Source of the DNA: Candidatus Latescibacterota bacterium
GTDB lineage: Bacteria; Latescibacterota; UBA2968; GCA-2709665
Assembly (NCBI GenBank): GCA_963662665.2
Contig: CAXXJS010000034.1
Span: 1 to 63,873 of the forward strand
Length of the DNA: 63,873 nt
Reading direction: 5' to 3'
Of the stretch, positions 58,150 to 63,873 are shown in pieces. The translations under genes and the position numbers were made by a program. The notes beneath the pieces were generated by a model. The model had not been told where the DNA came from. It saw only the letters and a program-made list of their open reading frames with translations, and did not search any database. How positions within the stretch are numbered: position 1 is the first letter of the stretch; each line of letters opens with the position of its first letter.

Positions 58150-59946
58150 TCAGGGATGGAGCGATTCGGCGCCTAGCAATCGGATGCCGAGTTCTTTCAT
58201 CTGGTCCGCGTCGACCGCCGACGGAGCGCCGTCCATCAGGGAGGCGGCATTATTGGTTTTCGGGAAGGCGATCACGTCGCGGATGAAATCCCGGCCTGCC
58301 ATAAGGGCGACCAGGCGATCGTACCCGAAGGCGATCCCCCCGTGGGGAGGCGCGCCATAGCGGAAAGCATCCAGGAGAAACCCGAATTTTTCTTCCGCTT
58401 CCGCCGGAGAAATGTCCAGAACGTCGAACATTTTTTCCTGTATTTCCCGGCTGTGAATACGAATGCTGCCGCCTGCAATTTCATTCCCGTTAAGCACCAG
58501 GTCGTATGCCCGCGCACGTACGCCGGACGGATCGGTGGACATTTTCTGCAGGTCTTCGTCCACGGGGGAGGTGAACGGGTGGTGGCACGCCGCGTACCGC
58601 TTCTCACGGGCATCCCACTCCACAAGGGGGAAATGAGTTACCCACCCGAAGCTGAATCGATTGCGGTCAGGCAGGTTCAGGAGTCTGGCCAACCTCAGGC
58701 GCAGATTGCCGAGTACGTCGGCCACGATCGCGGGCTGGTCTGCCGCGAAAAGCAGCAGATCGCCGGGCTTCGCTTGAAGCGCCTGCCGAAGCAGGACCCT
58801 CGCCTGTTCCGGAAAGTATTTGACAATCGCTGACTCCATCCCCCTGTCGGTGACCCTGATCCATGCGAGCCCCTTGGCGCCCAAGCCGCTCACGAAAACG
58901 CCCAGGTCGTCTATCTGTTTGCGCGAGAAAGTACCACAACCCTTGGCATTGATGCCGCGGACCTGACCCCCGGCGGTAAGGACACGCTTGAATACCTGGA
59001 ACTCCGAGGCTTCGGCGGCCGCGGCCAGGTCGACGATCTCGAACCCGAAACGTGTGTCCGGTTTGTCGGAACCGTACCGGTCGATCGCCTCTTTGTGGGT
59101 GATGCGGGGAAAAGGTCGTGGCAGGTCGATGTCCAGAATTTCCTTGAACAGGTTGGCGGTAAGCCGTTCGGCCGCAATCATTACGTCCTCTTCATCGACA
59201 AACGACATCTCAATGTCGATCTGGGTGAATTCCGGTTGCCGGTCCCCGCGGAGGTCTTCATCTCTGAAACAACGCACGATCTGGAAATAACGGTCGAACC
59301 CGGCCACCATGATGAGTTGTTTATAGGTCTGGGGCGATTGCGGCAAAGCGTAGAAACGCCCGGGGTTGACCCGGCTGGGCACCAGGTAATCCCGTGCGCC
59401 TTCCGGCGTGCTTTTCATCAGAAACGGGGTTTCGACTTCGATGAAGCCGTTGTCGGAGAGCAATCGCCGCGTGGCTTGTGATATGCGGTGTCGCAGCAGG
59501 ATGTCGGATTGCAGATCGGGCCGGCGGAGATCGAGGTAACGATGGCGCAGACGGACTTCCTCGTTGGCATCCGACTCCGCTTCAATGAGAAAGGGCGGAG
59601 TTTCGGACTCGTTCAGGATTTTCAGTTCGGATGCCTCGATGTCTATTTCGCCCGTTGGCAGGTTGGGATTCGCCATGCCTTCCGGTCGCGATTCCACCTT
59701 CCCTTTTACTGCCACGACGAATTCATTCCTGATGGCTTCCGCCTTGCCGTGTACCTCCGGGTTCAAATCGGGACGGAAGACAACCTGTGTGAGACCGTTT
59801 CGATCGCGCAAATCCGTAAAAATCACACCGCCGTGATCTCTGCGTTTGGCGACCCAGCCCATCAGGGTGACCTGCGTGCCGATGTCCGGCGCGCGAAGGT
59901 CGCCGCAGGTGTGCGTGCGTTTCCAGCCGCCGAGGGATTCCGCCAT
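58150..59946 (-). CDS. aspS: Aspartate--tRNA ligase
   Basis: RTHTCGDLR, RRDHGGVIFTDLRD, STPEGARDYLVPSR, LPQSPQ, CFRDEDLRGDRQPEFTQIDIE, YGAPPHGG. Start 59946. Confidence 0.98.
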   Translation of the reverse strand: MAESLGGWKRTHTCGDLRAPDIGTQVTLMGWVAKRRDHGGVIFTDLRDRNGLTQVVFRPDLNPEVHGKAEAIRNEFVVAVKGKVESRPEGMANPNLPTGEIDIEASELKILNESETPPFLIEAESDANEEVRLRHRYLDLRRPDLQSDILLRHRISQATRRLLSDNGFIEVETPFLMKSTPEGARDYLVPSRVNPGRFYALPQSPQTYKQLIMVAGFDRYFQIVRCFRDEDLRGDRQPEFTQIDIEMSFVDEEDVMIAAERLTANLFKEILDIDLPRPFPRITHKEAIDRYGSDKPDTRFGFEIVDLAAAAEASEFQVFKRVLTAGGQVRGINAKGCGTFSRKQIDDLGVFVSGLGAKGLAWIRVTDRGMESAIVKYFPEQARVLLRQALQAKPGDLLLFAADQPAIVADVLGNLRLRLARLLNLPDRNRFSFGWVTHFPLVEWDAREKRYAACHHPFTSPVDEDLQKMSTDPSGVRARAYDLVLNGNEIAGGSIRIHSREIQEKMFDVLDISPAEAEEKFGFLLDAFRYGAPPHGGIAFGYDRLVALMAGRDFIRDVIAFPKTNNAASLMDGAPSAVDADQMKELGIRLLGAESLHP

Positions 59947-60024
59947 AGTCAGGGCTCCGGAAAGGGGGGCGAATGGAGATGCGGGAATGCCGTAAGGGCA
60001 TCGCCGCATACCGGATCTTGGGTG

Positions 60025-61308
60025 TTAACGCTTTGTTTTTATGTGTTCCACAAGCTTATTGACGTTGCCCGACGGCAGGACGGACTGTGCGCCTGTCTTC
60101 AGGTTTTTCAGCACAACGGTTTCCGACCGCACTTCGTCGGGCCCAATGATGGTTACGAACGGAATGCCTTTACGGTCGGCGTATTTAAGCTGGCGGTCAA
60201 GGCGCTGGCCGGGCTTCAGACCGAGTTCGACGGCAAGTCCCAGGGATCGGGCCGAACGCGCAAATCCGGCAGCTTGCTCGGCCGTGTCTTCGGAAAAGAC
60301 CGTAACCAGCAGGTCGGCGACTGGAGCGGATGCTTCGGCGAGCAAATCCGATGCTTTCAGCAGTTCCATGATTGCCATATCGCCAACCGCGAAGCCCACG
60401 CCGGGGACCTGCCTTTTGCCGCCAACCTGCAGGGTCAGGTTGTCGTACCGGCCGCCGCCGAACAAGGCGCGTTTGAGCGCATCTTTCGCCCAGGCTTCAA
60501 ATACGATTCCGGTGTAGTAATCGAACCCGCGCACGATTCTCAAATCGGGTTCCACGTATTCGGATACGTTGTTCTTTTCAAGCAGTCTGAGGACGCGCTC
60601 AAGCCACGGCGAGAATCCGGGGTCTTTGCTTTGGAGTGTCTTTACCAGCCCTTCGATCTGATCCGAGTTCAAACCGAGGCTTTCCACGCCCGCGCAGAAT
60701 TTTTCGAAGGGCATCTTGTCAATCCGGTCCACAATGGAGAACAGTGGGCGGATCTGCTCCGAGGAGAGGCCCAGGGAGCGGATAAGGTGACATTCGAGAC
60801 CCCTGCGGTCATTGAGTCTCACCGTTGCCTGATCTGGCGAAAGCCCCAGGATTCTGAACAACTCACAGGCGATCGTGACGATTTCAACGTCGGCATGGAG
60901 GGAATCGCTTCCGAGCAGATCGATGTTCCACTGGAAAAACGACCGTCCCCTGCCGCGCTGCGGACGTTCGTACCGGTAGAAACGTCCGTAGGACTGCCAG
61001 CGTAGAGGAAATATGAGCCGACCTTCCAGTTGGGCTACCATGCGCGCGAGCGTGGGTGTGAGTTCGGGTCGAAGTACCAGCGTTTTTTCGTCGCGGCCGG
61101 ACAACGAGAACGTCTGCCGTCCCACGATTTCTTCGCTGGTCTTTCCCAGGTAGAGGTCCATATATTCCAGGATCGGGCCCTCGTATTCCTGGTAGCCGAA
61201 ACCGGCGCCAAGCGCGATGCACTTTTCACCGAGCCACTTCAGACGTGCCCAGTCGTCAGGGTAGAAATCCCTGACTCCTTTAACGCGAGGGATGAGTTCA
61301 GTCGCCAT
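60025..61308 (-). CDS. hisS: Histidine--tRNA ligase
   Basis: LRPELT, YERPQRGRGR, IVRGFDYYTG, GGGRYDNL, GVGFAVG. Confidence 0.97.
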   Translation of the reverse strand: MATELIPRVKGVRDFYPDDWARLKWLGEKCIALGAGFGYQEYEGPILEYMDLYLGKTSEEIVGRQTFSLSGRDEKTLVLRPELTPTLARMVAQLEGRLIFPLRWQSYGRFYRYERPQRGRGRSFFQWNIDLLGSDSLHADVEIVTIACELFRILGLSPDQATVRLNDRRGLECHLIRSLGLSSEQIRPLFSIVDRIDKMPFEKFCAGVESLGLNSDQIEGLVKTLQSKDPGFSPWLERVLRLLEKNNVSEYVEPDLRIVRGFDYYTGIVFEAWAKDALKRALFGGGRYDNLTLQVGGKRQVPGVGFAVGDMAIMELLKASDLLAEASAPVADLLVTVFSEDTAEQAAGFARSARSLGLAVELGLKPGQRLDRQLKYADRKGIPFVTIIGPDEVRSETVVLKNLKTGAQSVLPSGNVNKLVEHIKTKR

Positions 61309-61393
61309 GGTTTACCGATTTCAGGTGGATAAGCCCTTGATTTTCAGACAAATCGACAAATATACACACAAGATGACGCGATGTCAAGATTTA

Positions 61394-62683
61394 TCAGGAT
61401 TCCGGACGAAATGCCGCTTTGAGATGCCGAATCTGAGGCGGCGCGCTCTTAAAATCCACGGCGACCACGTCGAATCTCGGCGCCATATCAGGGGCAGGGT
61501 GGCGTTGGAGATACGCCCTTGCGACCCGAACGATCTGACGCTGTTTTTGGACGGTCACGCGGGTCTCAGGCGGGCCGAAGCCCTGTACGGCGGCGGTTTT
61601 CACCTCGACAAACGCAAGGGTGTGGCCCGTGGATACGATCAGGTCGATTTCTCCTCCCGCCGCCCGGTAATTCCGGCGCAGGATACGGTAGCCTGTTCTT
61701 GCGAGCAGGGCGGCGGCCGCGTTCTCCCCTTTCTTTCCGGACCATGACAGGCCAGTCTGTGCATTTTCGATACGACGGGTACGTCCGCCCACGCGCGCCT
61801 TCGGTGACCCGCCTCGGGACCGGCGGGTCGTGCCGGTCCCGTATATCGGATCAACAGGATCCCGCACAACATCGTTTCCTGTATCGAAGTCGCCGGGACT
61901 CCCGGCACGGTCGGCCGATTGCACCCCGTTGAAGGATCTGCGATGGATTCGACAGGGTCCATGGATTCGGAGGGCCCGCCGGTGGTCCGCGCTTCCATAT
62001 CCCTTGTGACCGGCGAAACCGTATTGCGGGAATTCACTTTCAAAGGCCACCATTTTGCGGTCTCTGGTGACTTTGGCGAGGATGGACGCGGCCGCAATGG
62101 AGTGCGAGGCTGCGTCGCCGTCGATCACGGCGGATTCGGGATAGGGACTTCCCGGTACGCCGGGGCCGTCCACAAGAACGCGGTCGGGAGGGACGCCAAG
62201 CCGCTCAATGGCGCGGCGCATGGCAAGATAAGTGGCCTGCAGGATATTGATGCGGTCGATTTCCTGGGCCGATGCCTCGCCGATGCCATGTGCGACAGCG
62301 GCTTCTTTGATGCACTCATAGAGGCTCTCACGCTTGCTCGGAGTGAGCACTTTGGAATCATTCACACCCGGGATCAGGGTCTCCGGCGGGAAGATCACCG
62401 CGGCGGCAACGACCGGACCGGCCAACGGCCCCCGCCCGGCTTCGTCGACGCCGGCAATTCGGGAAAGGCCCCGCGCGTATAACCGGTTTTCCAGAGCCTG
62501 CATTTTCTCCTGGCGTGCGCGTTCGGCTGCAATTGATTTCAGGCGTCGACGTTCTTTGAGAGCCAGGCTGCGCACACCGGCGCGAGGATCGGCATCCAGT
62601 ATATCCAGGAGGACCGCGTCAATATCTCCCGGATGACGCAGGAGATCGCGGACCTGTGAGATGGTGAGGCTGGAAACGTCCAT
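61394..62683 (-). CDS. rnhB: Ribonuclease HII fused to YraN (UPF0102) nuclease domain
   Basis: IAGVDEAGRGPLAGPVVAAAV, NDSK, SIAAASILAKVTRD, HKGYG, HRRSF; then GKKGE..AA..L...GYRILRRNYR...GEIDLI...FVEVKT, RFDVV in one frame. Start 62683. Confidence 0.92.
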   Translation of the reverse strand: MDVSSLTISQVRDLLRHPGDIDAVLLDILDADPRAGVRSLALKERRRLKSIAAERARQEKMQALENRLYARGLSRIAGVDEAGRGPLAGPVVAAAVIFPPETLIPGVNDSKVLTPSKRESLYECIKEAAVAHGIGEASAQEIDRINILQATYLAMRRAIERLGVPPDRVLVDGPGVPGSPYPESAVIDGDAASHSIAAASILAKVTRDRKMVAFESEFPQYGFAGHKGYGSADHRRALRIHGPCRIHRRSFNGVQSADRAGSPGDFDTGNDVVRDPVDPIYGTGTTRRSRGGSPKARVGGRTRRIENAQTGLSWSGKKGENAAAALLARTGYRILRRNYRAAGGEIDLIVSTGHTLAFVEVKTAAVQGFGPPETRVTVQKQRQIVRVARAYLQRHPAPDMAPRFDVVAVDFKSAPPQIRHLKAAFRPES

Positions 62684-63052
62684 GGGGGCGAGTATCCGAC
62701 GGGCGGTCGAGAAAGATAAAGCTCTTCTCTGGCGAATTTTTTCGCGGGCGAACACATTACGTCAGAATAAACGCGTTCGTCCGCTAAATCATGGCTGAAC
62801 ACACGTGAACATGCAAGAGAAAGCGGCCTGCCCGCAGGCGGTGGAAGGAAGAATCCGAAGGTTCTCTCGACCGGATCAGGCGGTTTTTCGGTTCGCGCCT
62901 TCCCTGGACGCACGTAGACATCCTCGGAAGGCGTGGACATCGTTCGATAGCCGAAAGTTGAAATCCCGTTTTTTTGTGTTTATATTTATCAAGCTGTCTT
63001 GTGGTCGGCTTCGATCACGTAAATTCCTGCGCGCAGGGTGGGAGCATGTACG

Positions 63053-63873
63053 GTGGAACCGGATTCGAAATCTGAAAACTTTCGAAAGTTGCTGCAATTC
63101 GTGCGTCCCTACGCACCGCGTCTGTCGGCCGCGCTGGGACTGATCGTTCTGCTTGCGTTTCTGGAAATGGCGCCACCGCTGATTACCATGTATATCGTGG
63201 ACGAGGTTATCGTGGTGGGCAGATGGGAAATGCTGGAGGTGGCACTGGCGCTGCTTATCCTCGTGCCGGTACTCGCCGCCGGCTTGCGCGTGGTGAACGC
63301 ATTTACGTTTTCCTACATATCCAGCCGCCTGATCATGAAGGTCCGGCTGACATTATATGAGCACATATTCAGGCTTTCGCTGGGATACCATGACGAAATG
63401 GGTACCGGCAAAGTCATGTCACGGATGATGGGGGACGTTGCGACGGTGGGGCAGATGGTCTCTATGCAGATGCTGCGCGTGATAACGGATTTCGTATCGG
63501 TCGTCGCAGCCATGGGTATCTGCTACGGGCTGAACTGGAAGCTGGCACTGCTGATGACCGTTCTGATTCCCCTGTACGTGGTCAATTACAGAATCTTCGT
63601 AGGGCCCATACGTGTAACGAGCCGGCGCTGGCGGCGGCAAATGGACGATGTGTCCGTGGGGCTGCAGGAGCGGCTCAGCGGGGCAAGGCTGGTAAAGGCC
63701 TATGGGCGGGAAAGACGCGGGGACAGGGCGTTCGCGGCAGAAACCAGGGAAGGCCTTTCGTTCGCGATGCAGACTCAGACGCACCGTGCGTCGGCCAGCG
63801 CCGGCTTCTGGGTGGTCTCGGGGTTGCGAAATACCCTGATTTTCTGCCTGGGATGTTATTTCGTCATTCAGGG
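63053..63873 (+). CDS. ABC exporter permease/ATP-binding protein (5' part; runs off window edge)
   Basis: GTG 63053 after GGGAG. Manual translation gives MEPDSKSENFRKLLQFVRPY...LYEHIFRLSLGYHDEMGTGKVMSRMMGDV...LQERLSGARLVKAYGRE, typical of an ABC membrane domain. Confidence 0.88.
   Translation, partial: MEPDSKSENFRKLLQFVRPYAPRLSAALGLIVLLAFLEMAPPLITMYIVDEVIVVGRWEMLEVALALLILVPVLAAGLRVVNAFTFSYISSRLIMKVRLTLYEHIFRLSLGYHDEMGTGKVMSRMMGDVATVGQMVSMQMLRVITDFVSVVAAMGICYGLNWKLALLMTVLIPLYVVNYRIFVGPIRVTSRRWRRQMDDVSVGLQERLSGARLVKAYGRERRGDRAFAAETREGLSFAMQTQTHRASASAGFWVVSGLRNTLIFCLGCYFVIQ

Noticed and set aside
62796-62810. GAAC-ACAC-GTGA as a second SOS box upstream of rnhB
   Set aside because: Two mismatches in one half-site; not distinguishable from chance.
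63046-63075. Apparent frameshift at the ABC transporter start (ATG 63046 gives MYGGTGFEI*)
   Set aside because: An in-frame GTG at 63053 with proper RBS spacing gives an intact frame.

Overview
A 63.9 kb, GC-rich bacterial chromosomal segment made mostly of core genes. I infer a diderm FCB-superphylum lineage, possibly Ca. Latescibacterota-like, from the SprA homolog, the dockerin/EF-hand-tagged enzyme and the Gram-positive-style regulatory motifs. Left to right: sufBCD (sufB has a homopolymer frameshift); an 11-gene nuoABCDHIJKLMN operon without nuoEFG; an orphan PqqD/RRE gene pair; lexA with a GAAC-N4-GTTC operator; dprA, obgE, coaD, a PilM-like gene, comEA and a giant SprA-like gene; lptFG, an M23 peptidase, an HD dNTPase-like gene with TetR, and endonuclease III; a beta-propeller lipoprotein plus outer-membrane barrel operon; tRNA-Arg and tRNA-His; an alkaline-phosphatase-superfamily enzyme and a tetraheme cytochrome c; nrdR-nrdJ; a dockerin-tagged heparinase II/III, a CreD-like gene and a TonB-dependent receptor; tRNA-fMet; phoH-7TM-HD-ybeY-corC; a lipoprotein plus LysM pair; aspS, hisS, an rnhB-yraN fusion and a partial ABC exporter. 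The most striking observation is that the barrel gene (36202-37173, minus strand) appears to start 102 nt upstream of the called ORF. That start has an RBS and a signal peptide, and the frame contains one in-frame TGA (37081-37083) followed 11 nt later by a SECIS-like hairpin. This is a candidate selenocysteine-containing outer-membrane channel. All family calls come from motif recognition by eye; no searches were run.
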